Below, piece by piece: positions 27,749 to 41,770 of a stretch of 64,000 nucleotides of DNA. Location of the stretch: positions 939,842 to 1,003,841 of the forward strand of contig NMRA01000089.1 in assembly GCA_002633005.1 (NCBI GenBank), in the 5' to 3' direction. The notes below the pieces were generated by a model, which saw only the letters and a program-made list of their open reading frames with translations, had not been told where the DNA came from and ran no database searches. Source of the stretch: Phoronis australis. Taxonomy: Eukaryota > Animalia > Phoronida. A program made the translations under genes and the position numbers. The stretch's first letter is position 1. The number at the start of each line of letters is the position of its first letter.

Positions 27749-28179
27749 AAAGTGGTCTTGGAGTTTTCTCCCCTGCTGGAAATTTAATTGTACCTATGAG
27801 TTGCAAATTTCATTTTCTTACTAACCTTACATGAGTCTTTATGACCATCAATGTCAAACTTTGTCACCAATTTTCTAAGTCTGATTTTTTGCCGTTCAAA
27901 AAATGCAGTTTTACTGACATGAAAAAATGCAAAATATGACTTTATAGCCAAATAGGTCATATCTCGGTAACCAAAGGTCGTTGAGTGCAAATATTGCAGC
28001 AGTGTAATTTGGGCCAGCATCCCAACACATGCACAAAGTTAGTTCTGTATGAATTTTTGAGTATATAGTGATTTTTCATTTTCATATGGTTTTTATATGG
28101 AATCATGGGAAAATGGGAAACCTCTCTAAAATATACTAATATCTCTAGACATGGCGGATTTTCAACACCAAGAGTTAAG

Positions 28180-28710
28180 GTTGGCACTGTATCTAGTGAA
28201 AAGCCTCAACAAAGTTCCCTTGTACCCAGCAAGGTTACTCGAAATTTTTGCTACAGACGCAGAACTAGGTCAGTATTTGGATGTGGGTAACCACACTGAA
28301 CATTTACAGAGGGAAACCACGTATGACCACATCGCACGACAGTGGTCAGAAATGCTTTCAGATGCAAGAGCCGGAGCGTCATTCAGAGGCATCCTCAGAG
28401 TACTATTTGGATGAGACGAATGCTGAAGCAATAGGTAAAATGGTAAAAGGTCAACAAGATGTTCAGTAAAGGTTAAGAACTTTCTGATGAAGGAGATAAG
28501 TCAGGTAAAAACGTTCACCCTCGGAAGTGCCAAAATGGAGAAAACATTACGAGAACCCACTGGTAAAGTTTTTACCTGTGATATTAAGTGAATCGCATAT
28601 TGATGGACTTTTTTCGAGGTTGTCTGCAGCAATGTTTATGACGATGAAGATGCTGTTATATCGTCAGATTTACTGAATGAAGTGGTAAATGAGCTCAACG
28701 TTTAGCCTAG
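28180..28710 (+). pseudogene. Second, diverged Sola3-like transposase C-terminal relic
   Basis: PCTQQG..ATDAELGQYLDVGNH..RETTYDHIARQW, parallel to the minus-strand TDAELSEHLDVGAH; later FFSRL. Confidence 0.65.
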
Positions 28711-31700
28711 TTTTGTAGCATACCAGTCAAATATGTGTGATATATGAAGTCGAGACCGTTACTTCTGTTTACTTCATGTCTGTCATGAATGAGTTATTTC
28801 TCGTGAATTATTTTCTATTGACTGTGAATGTGTACCTTTTTTTACCACCGATCCACACTGACAGAAATATTCAGCGTTAGGGTGCCCGGTGTGTGGGAGG
28901 AACAACAAATTTCTGGCGACTAGTGGCGACTAAAATTTGTAGAAACCAGCAGGGACATTACAATATGAACACAAAGTTACAATGACTATTGACAAGTTGA
29001 AGGATTTTTTGCACTGAACACCGTAGGGGGCCATATCCACCTTGGGTGCCTTCCTTTGCCTGTGGCACGAACAAGGCACATAGAAAACAAGGCAGGGGTG
29101 AGTTCAGGAACACCAGAACCTCTCTAAAATTTATCCAAAACCACGTGTTCTCATTTAATATGCAGGGCAATATCTTGCGAAGTATTGAATTATAGCAAGG
29201 TCCTCGTGTTACTGCTCTTATTCTAGATGCGTCTTCAGTCTCTACGTAAAACAAAAGCAGCGCCATCTATCATTTAGAACCACGCATGCCAGTTGATTTA
29301 TGTTACATATTTTTTGTAATAAGCAATATTCATCAATGCCGTTTTCAAAGAATGGTACTTAATAATGCTGTCTGCCTTTTCTCCAAAATACAAGGTTTTT
29401 ATGTCGTGTTTCGCATGCTAATCATATGTTCCAAGAGCCCCCTATTGGCAGCAGAGGCAACTGAGAACATGCAAAAGGACGAAGTGCAGTTGGTGTAATG
29501 CTTCGTACGAAAAAACTACATTAGAGGCAAGATTTTTTATTTTAGATTATGAACAGGTTAGGAATGACTAAACAAATTATTACAAAGTCAATTTCAGGAA
29601 AGGTGCGTTATGGCTGCTACAGAGTGCCAAATTTGGCCGAAAATGGCTTCAGTGAAAACCTGAAAAAATAGTCGTTTTTGCCTCACAAATTCAAAACGTA
29701 CGAATTTAAAAATGGATTTTGAAAGTTATGTCATTAAATTATTCATCCACTGCGCTTTCAGTTCGTATTCTTCATTTGTTTTGATTTTACCATACATGCT
29801 AGTAAAATGCATTCAAACATGCCTACTTCGACGCCCAATGTTGTTCCAAAATGGAGGTACAGGTCATAAAAAGAAAAATAATGAATGAAAATTCTTAGAA
29901 AGTGAGGTTTTTCTACATCTCAACAAACCAAACTCATGTGCTAAGTTTCAAAAAAATCGGTGATTTTGGGTATAGACTCTACCTGTTGGTTTTTATATGG
30001 AGTCACTCTTAAGTTTTTCAAAAACTTAAGTTCTGAAAACTTAAGTTTTTCAAAAACTTAAGTTTTCAGAAAACTTAAGTTTTAAAAACTTAAGTTTGTT
30101 CCAAAAAACTTGTTCCAAAATACTTCAGTTTTTGGAAAACTTAAGTTTCAGAAACGTTTTTGAAAAACTTAAGTTTTGGAACAAGATTATAGTAACAAAC
30201 ATAAGTCATCAAAAGTTAAGTTTTTGAAAACTAAGTTTTCCGAACATAAGTTTTCAAGGAACTAACTTTTAAAAACTGAAGTTTTCTAAAAGCAATAAGT
30301 TTCAATAGGACAGGCACTCAAAAATTTCGACTTTCACTAAAACAAGAGTGGAGTACAGTAACAAATTTAATGATTCTCATCAAGATTTAACAAACTATAG
30401 TTCTATTAACATTTCATTAACAGTGATTAATTGCAGAAAATAAAATGCACTTCCCAAAATACACTAGTTCCTTAAAATAAGTGAACATAAGTGAAATATC
30501 AAAATCTTAAAAACCAGAAACATTTCAAAAATCAGTTCATCAAGTGTCATGCATACAATGCAGTGAAAACTAAATGAGCCTAACAATATTTTCATATTTG
30601 TATCGTTCTCGGTTTATGACAATTTTTGCAGTAACTGAGGGAGCAAAACGGAATGTACAAACAGAGAAATCACTACCAAATCATGAAACACAACCAAAGA
30701 AAATGTGATTACATAGCCAGGAAGGACTACAACAAAAGTCTACGTTTCAACAGCAGACTTTTTCAACTAAAATTACAGCAATGACACCAAGAATAACAAA
30801 CCACTTAATATGCAAAATCCAAGAATATCCGCAGAACAAAAGCATAACATGAAACGTAAAAGGTAACTAAAAGTTTATGGACAACGGACACAGGTCTGAT
30901 TTTGGGAAAAACAATCCTTATGCTAGAAATAGTGCCTAGAATCACCAATAATTGTTTTCAACCTTAAAAATATCAATTTAAACGTCAAAGTTTCGTTTAG
31001 TTGACAATCATAATAACAGTAAATCCAATACACTCCATGGTGCGAACAAGTTTCACTAAAAGTAACCCTCAGTACAACCTGGTTATACGAAAGCTACTGA
31101 ACTTCATACACATATCTATAGGGCCTTTAATACTAACATCGACACGTCGAAGTTTTTGGGAGTTAATGTCAGTATGAACGCTTAAACTTTGGTCCTGGAA
31201 GGAAGTTAACAGCGCCAGTTAACTTCGTACTAAACAAGTTTTTAAAATTACAAAAACTTAAGTTTTGTGATAAACTGAACATTTTGCCGAAAAACTTAAG
31301 TTTTAAAACTTAAGTTACTTTTAAAAACTTAAGTTTTTCCACCAAAACTTAAGTTAATTTCCAAAAACTTAAGTTTTTTTGCCAAAAACTTAACTTTTCA
31401 GCGAAAAACTTAAGTTCATTTTTATAAGGGGACAAACATATAATAGAGTAATAGCCTGTTGTGAACGTTTTGGCTTCCTCTGATTGACCTTTCAGAAGTA
31501 TATTACGCGTTAAAAGCTTAGATAATTCAAACACAGAATTAGTCCACGTCGGTATGTGACAGAGTGACTCTTTAGTGGCTGACAGTAACAACTGAACTTA
31601 ACACGTTCATTGGAAATCACAGCACCGATTGTGACCAATATCGACTTTAGAATGCTCTACGGCAATAACCTGACTTCCAAAACTTCTGAAATGTCTTTTT

Positions 31701-33769
31701 CAGGCTCTGCTCGTAGCAATATAATCTTCATTGTCGCGGGCTAGCCGATACACGACTTTTTTCTTCGTAGATGACTGTCGGTTGTAAAATTCAAACAGTT
31801 GACTTGGGTGGAAACTGCCTTACGAATAAAAATAAGGAAAATTGCACGTTTTTTAAAGAATGGCACGAGTTCTATTGATTACATTGTACTGATCAGGTGA
31901 TTATCTCACGGGATAAACATTGGGTGCACATTTACTGCTGTTGGTTACCGGATGTTCGTCTACATTAAATTCACAAGACCTGTGGTAAAGATTACGTAAT
32001 TGCACTAATTCTGTACTGACCAGGCTAAACGTTCGCCGTGTTCTGGTTTGTATCTATGTAAATTTTAAGAAAATATTCGGGCAAAATTTTTAGGAGATTA
32101 TGGGTTTTGCATGAGTAAACAAGAAATTTTTGTTGGAAAAGAATGGGAAATTTTCGAACAAACAATATTCAAATTTTAAAAACTTGAAAACGTAAATTTT
32201 CATCACATAGAAACCTTAGAGTTTTTAGAAAATTGAAGTTTTCCACATGAAAAAACTCCAGTTTTCTGAAAAATTTAAGAAGTCAGGAAAACTTAAGTTT
32301 TTTAAAATTATAAAAACTTAATCTTTGTGATAAACATAAGTTATCACAAAAACTTAAGATTTGTAAGTACAAAAAACTTAAGTTTTTTAAAATTATAAAA
32401 ACTTAATCTTTGTGATAAACATAAGTTATCAGAAAAACTTAAGATTTGTAAGTACAAAAAACTTAAGTTTTCATGAAAACTTAAGTTATTACTTGAAACT
32501 TAAGTTTAAATGTGAAAACTTAAATTTTACACCTGAAACAACTTAAGTTCTCTGAAAAACATAACACTGTGCTGAAAAAATTAAGTTTTCAGCGAAAAAC
32601 TTAACGTCATTTTTGTAAGGGTGCTCCATATTAAGACGCACACAGAAAGACATTGAACGGCCACAAGCTGAAATAAAGTTTATCATATCTTCCTCACAAG
32701 CTTCATATTCTGTACAATGACTCATCATAGTTGCAGCTACCAACACAAGGGCAATGCACAAATGATGTGTGGTTTATACTTTAACAACAGGTGTCACCGG
32801 TGCACCATATAAAGACGCACATAGAAAGGCATAGAACGGCCACAAGCTCAAGCATTTTAAATGGGCATATTCTTGTGGTACATCATATTATTAAAATATC
32901 AATATTTATTTCGTTTTTGATGTTTTAAAAAAAGACAAAACATGATACTACAGCTTTGAAACTCCAGTATAAAGTACAGAATTGCAGTGAGAAATAAAAC
33001 GACTGAAAGCAGAGACACTGTGGCAACCAAACGCCTTCTAATGATTGACAGCGGAAAATATTTTGAACGTTGCAACATTTTACATGCATTGTATATTTCT
33101 TTCTGAATTGAAAGGGCCAACTTCTCTCGTTCTTTAATTGAGGATCCTAGTAATCTTACAATATGGGTGTCCAAACTTGTGAAATTTTCATTGACAGAGC
33201 GTCCAAATGATAAATTGTTCGTCCTTGCCAGGTCCCAGGACGTACGCTGTATGAAGGCATGGATCCCGAGCTAATTAATAGTACTGAACACAAAGTACAC
33301 ATGTGTGAACCATGTGCCCGTTTCAGCAAAACTGACTTAGCTAAGAGAAATTGTATTTGTTGTAAATTTTCAAATAAAGGTTAAGTTTTCGCAAAACCAG
33401 TCCACGAAGAGATCTTAAGTTTGACTTAAACGTTTGGCATATTTTTCTTAATTAACTTACCGAATGTGGAAGTTGCAAAGTTTGGAAATTAAGAAGTCGT
33501 TTGTGGAACATGCCCCAGCTCTTTGTGTCTAACACAACCGATGATAGTGGACATGACATCACTGACAAGTGACAAGTCAACACACCCCACCAAGGAAGCC
33601 AATGTCAGAAAAAAGGAAGCGAATTAATAACCTGAGTCTCTCAACGATCACTGCTTTTCGTCAACATCGTCCCTGCCAGTGCCTCGAGTATATCAGATTG
33701 AATCACGTATGAAAACTGATGTCGCATTTGGCGAGAAAGCCTCTAGCTCAGGTCGCCAACGACAATTTC

Positions 33770-34110
33770 AGTTCGCAAAATGCGAGCTTTTTCTCGCCAA
33801 GTCGGTGCCTGTATCCAATTCGGGCGACGGCAGACGTGTGGGAGAAAAAGAACATCAACCTGCTTAACTGTCAGCTCCTCTTCAAAGATTATGGTCTGCA
33901 TTGCTGGCCGCTCACTGCACCTTTAGTACCTCAAGGAGCGCATTTCGACTGTCACTATACTGCAAATATGCACAGGAAGGAGTCTTAGAGATGTGCACAG
34001 CGCTTTTTCAGGTCCCTGTTACATGCCAAGTGCAACACCACATCAGAGCATGTTTCCTGTGTATGGGTATCTATGATAAGTACTGTAGGAATAACCATAG
34101 GCTACCATGT
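33770..34110 (-). pseudogene. Possible SGNH-esterase-type LINE ORF1 relic
   Basis: DVVLHLACNRDL (VVLHxGxNDL-like) and RRPNWI (HPNxxG-like) in broken frames; weak. Confidence 0.25.
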
Positions 34111-37100
34111 CAGGACTTGTTTCCAAAAAAAAACAACTGGGAGTCTTATGGCCATCTATCAGTGGACAGCGCCACTGCACTAGCTACATAGTTAACAGTG
34201 AAAGCTGCTTGCTCGGTATCTGTCAGAATAAATATTGATTGATTAGTTAGTAAGTATAGATCCATTCTAAGTTGCCAAAATGTGTGCATATGTACATTTA
34301 AATCATGGGGTCAAACTTGTCGACATGTACTTTAACGCGAAAATAAATTTTTAAATGGTGTTTACAACTTTGGGTTCTGGGGTCGAAGTGCTCTAGGGAT
34401 TGTAGGAAATTCTGAGAACAAATTGTAACAGCCAATGATATGATTGTATATGATCATGTGGTTTTAATTAACCAATCACTTAATAAAACAAGTAGAATAT
34501 TATAATATGGGCTTAAGTCAACCAGATGAGCTATAGTAGTTGAAGCATAAAGACTTGCTACAGTTTACAGATAAATTTTAAGACAGAGAAAGGATCTTGG
34601 CAAGGGCAAGGGTTAACGAACAGGAAGTTACCTAAGAGCTTGCCATTTGCATCGTGGGTAGAAAGATACTACCTGAAGTGTTGCGTCACCCGCCAGAGAC
34701 TTTGACCAGCAAGAAGAATCGCGGGTAGAAGAAATCGCCTGCAAGTTTTGCATCACCAGAGACGGTGACCATCAACTACACTGTCGCTATAAATGGTGTG
34801 TAGTTAAAAGGTTCACCAACAGGACAGTCATGGCAGATGAGACATTTGATTATTTTGGTAAACTGATTGAAGTTATCTTTAAAGAGGACACTAGCCTAGT
34901 TGCTCTTCTTTGTAGTTGATTACCTAATCAACAACACGTTTCACTTCCCTAATTAGGGGTTATCGTATAATAAATTAATAACTGGGTTAAAATATTCACT
35001 TTCCTTTTACGCACAACCTCAAAGCATACAGTAAACATCACGGATTTTTGCCCAACCGGTCGGCTGGAAGTTTACGACCAGTCGTGGACTGGCCGGCAAA
35101 TTAGCCGACCGTTCGGCTAGTTTTTGCCGACCGCCAGCCGACCGCAGTGCCGACCTATCAGGCGACTTCCCAGCCGACCCTTCAGCCGACGGGAATTGCC
35201 GACCGTACAGCACACATCACGAATTTTTGTCCTACCGGTCGGAAATTGGTCGACGACCGGCCGTCGACCGGTCATCTAGCCGACCAGCAGCCGACCAACA
35301 ACGGTCGGCTAGGAGCCGTCTGCTGAGTCGCCTCTGTGGTCGGCACTTGGGTCGGCTAAAGGTCGCGTAGCGTAGACGACCAATTCGGATTAAGCGTGTC
35401 CTTTGTCGGCAATTACCATTTTATGACTTAGCGGGTGAACTTTGGACAAACAAGCATGTAACTGTTCGCTGTTCGCCGAACAGCGAACAGTTAAATGTAA
35501 ACGGTTTACCACTGGCAACTCCGGTCTTGACATCGGTTTATCAACTTTTGTTGAACTATTGAATGGAGGTAAAATCGAACCAACCTACAAATACGAAGTG
35601 CGTGGCAATACACCAGCCGAAAACCTTATGTTGAATTAATGAGGGCGTGGTAAAATCAAACGTTAAGTGATATAGCGGAAAAATAATTTCTAACTTTATA
35701 TATGATACTTTTTATACAGTATATTATGCATAAAAACAAGCATGAAATTTGAAATTTACAGCAAAATTGCATAAAACTCAGAATACAACACTGGATATTT
35801 TACGACCTCAAATGTTTTCTTGCCGCGGATTTTACAACAAGCAGCACGCATTTGCGCTCATCCGTTATTGCTCTTGATCATCACATCATCACGCTGTATA
35901 TTGCGCTTTACCACAGATAACTATTGTTTATTTCTGTATAATTTCTTAATATGTTGCTACACCAATAGAACCCAAGTTTATTTTAGGAACAACATAAACA
36001 ATGGTTTGAACATAGTGCCGATATTAAATCACGGGCGCTTGAAAACGGAGACTGTGATCGGTTTATCGTGTCATCCATCATCCATCATCATTCTGAAATT
36101 GTAGACACTTTCGCAGGAAAAAAAACTTTCGAAGCTAGAGCCTTCCTATCTAGGCTGCTAGCTGTGAAGTCTGTTTTCAGAATACAGCAAGGTGTCACTG
36201 CGTATTGAGCTCAAACAGACTTCGAAACTTCATACAGCCCGGATAGTTACATGTACGCTTGTCACCTCCTCGAAAAGCTTTTATCAACATGAGCTCAAGA
36301 CCGGCGAGTGTGCATGCAAACTCTGGATGTCAATTGCTATGAAGTTGCCCGTTACAGCCGTTTAAACGAAAAACACCCGACGTCTCTGCCTTTTGTAACG
36401 AAAAAGAGTATGTCTTCGTTTTGAAGAGTTCATACGTGACACGCGCCACTTTCTGTTTTTTTTTCGACATCTCCCATTAGATGGTGACAACATCTCAGCA
36501 AAATTTGTTCTAAAATTTGGTTCACTGATATCAAAAAAATATAATGAAGTGAAACCAATTTTGATCATTTGTCGTGACGTTTACGCAATCTCGAGGGAGA
36601 ACGTTTGATTGAAGAATCTGGGAAAAAGAAACTGGCTAATAGGTGACGCAATATTTCATTGCGCCTGAAGTCGAAGCAAAAGGTCACACCAATAATTTTA
36701 GCAGCAGAATAATTGTAGAAAACCAATTTTTGCAACGCTGGTAAATAATTTGGATTACTCTAGGAAGATTTTATTCGGTCAGTTTTTACCCACAACGGCC
36801 TAAATTAGTATAGGTAATTTAGTAAACAGCTCCGCACCAAGGCTAGAGCCTTCCGAGTCCTTTGGCGTAAGAACACAATACTTGGCGTTTCGCGTATACT
36901 CCAGGCGGTAAAACTTTAAAAATAATATTTTCGGGGTAACCTGGTACAGGTTATCCTAAAAAAGTAGTCTGTGTTTTCATGTAGAGCGTAAACATTATTA
37001 AAGCCAGTGATTCAAAAAGAACACTCTCGCAAACGAAAACTCACACAATTTTCAGCTCTATTACCCTGGTTAAAAAACAACTTCTATAAGATTATTGCAT

Positions 37101-38689
37101 CGGATTCTAGTGATCACCAGGGCAAGTCAAAACTCTTAAGGGGTCGCAATTTCAAACCTTTGGCATGAATCAGTGATATAAAAATGGAATTAGACCGACT
37201 TTAATTCATCAGCAATGTAGACACAACAGTTACAGACACTGACTGCGTTTGTTAACATCTTGTGGCAATGATGAAAATAAATGTTTCTACTATGATTGAT
37301 AACAAGTTTTACTCTGATGAGGTATGATGCAATATGCATATCTAATATGCAGATCGGCAGTTGCAAAAATATTTACTGGGTTTAATGAATCCGTTTGATA
37401 TGAACCACTGCAAAAGTATGATTACTAATTGTACATTCGAAGCATGCCTCATTGGAATAAAAACATACACATGCTTGATGATTCTGGGAGTACCTCTATT
37501 ACAGGTATGGATGAAGATACATAGTTGTTAAGCCATAGAGGGTAATAAGGCTTACATAATGTCACACTGAGCCATCTACACAAGGCATATACAAAGGATA
37601 CAGTATTTCAAAAGAAGCCACAACTACTCATTTTTCATAGTCATAACTACTCATTTTTCATAGTATTACTCAATCACGATCTCCTAGATTTATATAAGAA
37701 GTTACACGGTACGCTGCTACACAACTTGCTCTCCCACATTTATGGGAGGCCTAATTTGCAACATTTAACGACATATATTTTCTATGCAAGATTAAAACCA
37801 AGCAAAACATGGTAACTCTCCAGGACCAAACATAAATATCTCAAAACCAGAAATTTCACTTAAGCAGGAATTAAAAAAATCTAATACATTGAGATGGTTT
37901 GCATACAGAAGACCAAAAAAAAACAAATAAAGACCAACATTCACCACGTCAAGACTGAAATTGATCACATCAGCACCTATAATTTATCAATGAGGACCAA
38001 AAATTCTTCACTTCAGAATCAAAATAAAATACGACCGAACTGAAAATTTAACAATACAGGTTCAAAAACTTACCACGTCAGTAACTTTACACGCCCGAAC
38101 ACCCCGTCACCATACCCAAGCATTGATCCTTCAAAGTGATAGTGTTTGTACTATACCAAAGGGCTAAATGTTCAACCTCTTTCCGACGAGACATATTATC
38201 TTGGAAACGCAGTTGAATTTCTTTCGTCTAATCCACGTTTTACAATAGATGCCAATGTATAGGTACACACTGGATTGTCATCATTGCATAATGGGTGACC
38301 ACGTAGTCTCCGGGCATGAAAACAATTCTCTCCTGGCGTGATAAGTTTTCTGACGCAATAAATCATGGTTGTCAATTGTTTTTGATTCTAAAGAGATTTC
38401 AATTCCTGAATAGAAAATGTGTGTTCTAAAATTTTCCGCTTCATCTTTCCATTCAGCTAACTAGTGCACATCACAGTGTTTTTACTATCCCGTCGGCGGC
38501 TTCACTGCAACGAATCACTACTGGTACAACCTTCCGTAAATGATGTTCGTATTTTGCACATTTCTTCGGGGTAACAGTTTTCCAAGAGCTATATATGATC
38601 AATGGACAAGTTTCTGTTTGGTATTCGGTTTTATTTTCTTTCTCAGGTAGTCCTTGAGCTCATGCTCTGAATGTTTTGAAGACGCAACT

Positions 38690-39176
38690 TGATGGAAATA
38701 TCGGCAATGTGGAGACACAGATTCCACAAGTGTGGGGATGGTCGTGGTAGTATAGTTGGGGGGTTACCCGGTTCTTGGTTGAACGGTAGATAGTTGGCTA
38801 ACAAGGTAGCAACAGCAAGTCGATGGAGAGCAGCATAAAAAATAACACAGTCGTTGAGTTTCTACTGACACACAAAGTTTATTAACTCTAGCTACAATAT
38901 ATATAGTGAATAGAAATATGTGTTGGTTGTGAGTGCAAAACAACAACAATATTGAGAGTTCCGGTGATTTCATCCAACTCATAAACATGAATGGAGTCTG
39001 GGCAGCTGTTTGGCATATAGGGTTTCACTATGAGTGAGCACTGGTCAGTGAAATAGTAAACAACAACACACGATGTCCGAAATTGTTATATAACATAAAC
39101 TGTTTTGTTGGGATAGTTGTACGTCATAGGAAATGATGAAATTTGCACTTAATTAACTTCATGAGAATTCATGACA
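38690..39176 (-). repeat. 3' LTR of the BEL element
   Basis: Matches 43519-44005 with about 2 substitutions by eye; adjacent PPT-like GGCCGGCGGAG (minus strand, 39177-39187). Confidence 0.97.
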
Positions 39177-39340
39177 CTCCGCCGGCCGAAAAGATGAAAA
39201 TATTCAAAATTTAACAATCCACTGTAAAGTTATGTTGCACTCAATCAAAATCACATCAAATTAAGATATACCATAAATAGAAGAACACAAACTATTCATA
39301 TGGTTATGCACGGAATACATAGTCACTGCTAGATATACAA

Positions 39341-41770
39341 TTAATCTGAATGTTCATCTTGGTCTTGGGTGAATAAACGCTTGATTCTTTCCATAGCGAA
39401 TTTAGCTGCTTGACGCTTGGGTCGATCAACAGCTCCTTGATTGCTTTCCAAATCCGAGTTACCGTTGTTCATTACATGACTGTTTACTTCGAGCGGGTAG
39501 AGTTTAGCTATTGGTCGGTTTGTCAATCCATTCCTTGTCTTGATGATTGCTGAACGAACGAATCCGTCAGCNGTCACCTGTAAGAAGAAAGCTAGGTCCA
39601 TTCCACCAGAGAGCGCTTGTGTCGAGACTTGAGGCTGAAATGCCTCTAATTAGCAGATCAGCAGGGTTCTGTTTGGTTGGGCAATATTTGATTGCATCAA
39701 ACTTCTGTTTTCTAATTTCTCGTACTCTGTTTTCAACAAAAATTGGCAGTGTTTTGTCGCAGAGTATCCAGTGTAGCACAATTTGACTGTCAGACCCCAA
39801 GATCGTCTTCGTTATTTCCAGGTTTGTAGAGAGAGCATTTTTCACAAAGGTCGATAATCTTGCGCCAATCAAGGCTGCCATCAATTCCAATCGTGATAGG
39901 GTGATTTCTTTAGTCGGTTTGACTCTCGTTTTTGCCATAACTATAGACGTTTCTTGGCCTGCTTTGAGGTAGACTGCTGCGCCATATGCAAGGGTGCTGG
40001 CATCACAAAATACATGAATTTCAACCTGTTTCTTCACAGGGTTATTGAAATATTGGCGTGAAAGCGTAATTGATCGAGCTGCAATCATGTCCTGGCATAT
40101 GGTGTTCCATTGATCACACAGTGTGGGTGAGAGGGGTTCGTCCCATGTCCATTTCTCTATACCATAGTTGTTGAATTAAAATCTTCGCCTTGACATGTAT
40201 TGGGGACAGGAATCCGAGAGGGTCAAACAGGGCGGACGTGAATTTGAGTATTTGTCGCTTGGTCACTTCACTTCCAGGTTGAGTTGACTGTGGTGGATAC
40301 ATTATGTAATCTGATCTTGTATCCCATCGGAGGCCAAGGACATTGACAGTTGGACTGGTGTCAGCTGTACCATCTGCAGCTATTCTTCCCTGTAGAATGG
40401 GGTCATTTGTGGCCCATGACCTTAATTTGAAGCCTGCCTGTTGCATAACATCATTGGCTTTGGTGTAGTATTCCACTGCCAGTTGAGAGGAATTTGTTTG
40501 GTCGTCAGTTGATGTAACACCACTTAGAATATTATCCACATAAATATTCTGTTGTATGTCGCTTGTCACAGGATCAGTATAGGTGTCCAAATGTGTCTTA
40601 ATGACAGAGTTCAGAATGAATGGACTAGAGCGGGAACCAAATAAAACAGACTTGAATCTGTACACTTTAAATGGGCTATCTGGATTCGCTGGGTCTGTTA
40701 GCCATAGAAATTTAGTGAAGTTGCGATCGTCTTCATGTAAGCGGACATTCAAAAATGCCTTTTCAATGTCGCTTGTCAGAGCCACTGTCTTCGTACGGAA
40801 ACGTATCAAGATTGAAACGAGATCGTTCAGTAGGGGTGTACCTGTTTCCAGACAGTCGTTAAGCCTGGGATTACGTTGCGTGGAACAGCTGCAGTCATAA
40901 ACCACTCTGATTGGTGTTGTCGCGCTGTCTTTGGTTACTGGGTGGTGGGGAATGTAATGACCAGTGTTACGGTCATCGTCCACAACGGGTTCTATGAAGT
41001 CCCTCATCAGCTGGTCATTGATGACATCATTGTAGATTTCTAGCGTTTTCTGGTCCAGGCGTTTAATCATCGATCGCGTACGAGCTTGAGTAATAGCGTA
41101 GTTAGTGGGCAGGCGGGCATGGTCAGCCTTCCATGGTAAGCGGGCTATATATTTCCCATTGTCATCACGTGTGATATTGTCAGCGCAATAGGCATTGAAG
41201 TGAAAACCTGCGTCTTTAGTGTTGTCACTAATGCCAATTGTTTCCAAATCCCAATATTTGGATTTGTCGGGGGTGTCTGTTGAGACTCTCATACAAGTCG
41301 TAGTGTTCATGTGGGCATCAGTTGCGGCCACAGGTACGTTCGTAGGCCCACACAACAAATAGCCTAGTTTCGATTTTACAGCAGTGGGTCCTGGACCTCT
41401 AATTACGTTGTCGTCAACAAGATTATAGTAGTAGTCAGATCCAATCAACAGGTCGATTTCAAAATCTTTCGATGGCTCATGTTGGGCTAGTGGTAAATAT
41501 CTCAGATAATCATGATGATGCAGTACTTGGGGTCGGTAATTCTTAACAGGTGTCGATATGTGGGGCACAATAACAGCAGATAAAGTCAGTTTACCTTGGT
41601 TTGTTGTGAGTTCAATAGTACCAGCTGGTTTTTCCATTGCGGTAGTTGTTCGTTCTCCAAAGGACCTGTTCAACTAGGAAAGTCATCCTGTCAGCAATTG
41701 GTGGATACCCAATTTCTCTGCAACACGGTGTGTCATGAAGGTGCGTTGAGACCCATCATCAAATAATACG
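39341..41770 (-). pseudogene. pol: BEL pol: aspartic protease, RT, RNase H and C-terminal tail; integrase core absent at an N
   Basis: VLFDDGSQRTFMT (protease); SDIEKAF, LFG..SSPF and YVDN (RT); HVFCDAS..AYGAAVY, RLELMAA, SDSQIVLHWI and NPADL (RNase H); DGFVRSAIIKT..RPIAKLYPLE tail; frameshifts near 41700 and 40150. Confidence 0.93.

Larger units (their letters stand above)
24096..30008. mobile_element. Sola3-like DNA transposon (composite), TTAA TSD
   Basis: TTAA|GAGCAATTCCAAATAAAAACCA ... TGGTTTTTATATGGAGTCACTC|TTAA, inserted into an AACTTAAGTT palindrome. Confidence 0.75.
23959..31430. mobile_element. Inner EnSpm/CACTA-like element (deletion derivative of the outer family), GA TSD
   Basis: GA|TCCTTACAAAAATGAACTTAAG ... 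CTTAAGTTCATTTTTATAAGGG|GA; 30295-31218 is a diverged copy of 20225-21198. Confidence 0.8.
19899..32621. mobile_element. Outer EnSpm/CACTA-like element with AAAACTTAAGTTTT subterminal arrays
   Basis: Terminal inverted repeats (TIRs) CCCTTACATAAATGAA ... GTCATTTTTGTAAGGG; palindromic arrays at 19915-20230 and 32200-32605; the flanks rejoin into the host 180-bp repeat. The TSD (GT?) is ambiguous. Confidence 0.7.
19785..32850. repeat. ~180-bp tandem repeat split by the 12.7-kb nested insertion (pieces 19785-19898 and 32622-32850)
   Basis: 19785-19898 matches 32668-32792, and 32622-32669 matches 32800-32849. Confidence 0.85.

Noticed and set aside
27203-27806. 194-aa and 193-aa ORFs
   Set aside because: Artefacts of translating the N gap.
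19915-32605. AAAACTTAAGTTTT arrays as a CRISPR-like array
   Set aside because: Irregular short spacing, no unique spacers of constant length and no cas genes; they are subterminal TE repeats in a eukaryotic context.
32543-32860. Signal-peptide-like ORFs in the 180-bp repeat (MLELVAVLCLSMCVFIWCTGDTCC*, MCIALVLVAAT...)
   Set aside because: The early stop is shared by both repeat copies, and the longer ORF runs into TE sequence.
34400-35015. Possible solo LTR (TG...CA with AATAAA)
   Set aside because: No matching TSD and no second copy in the window.
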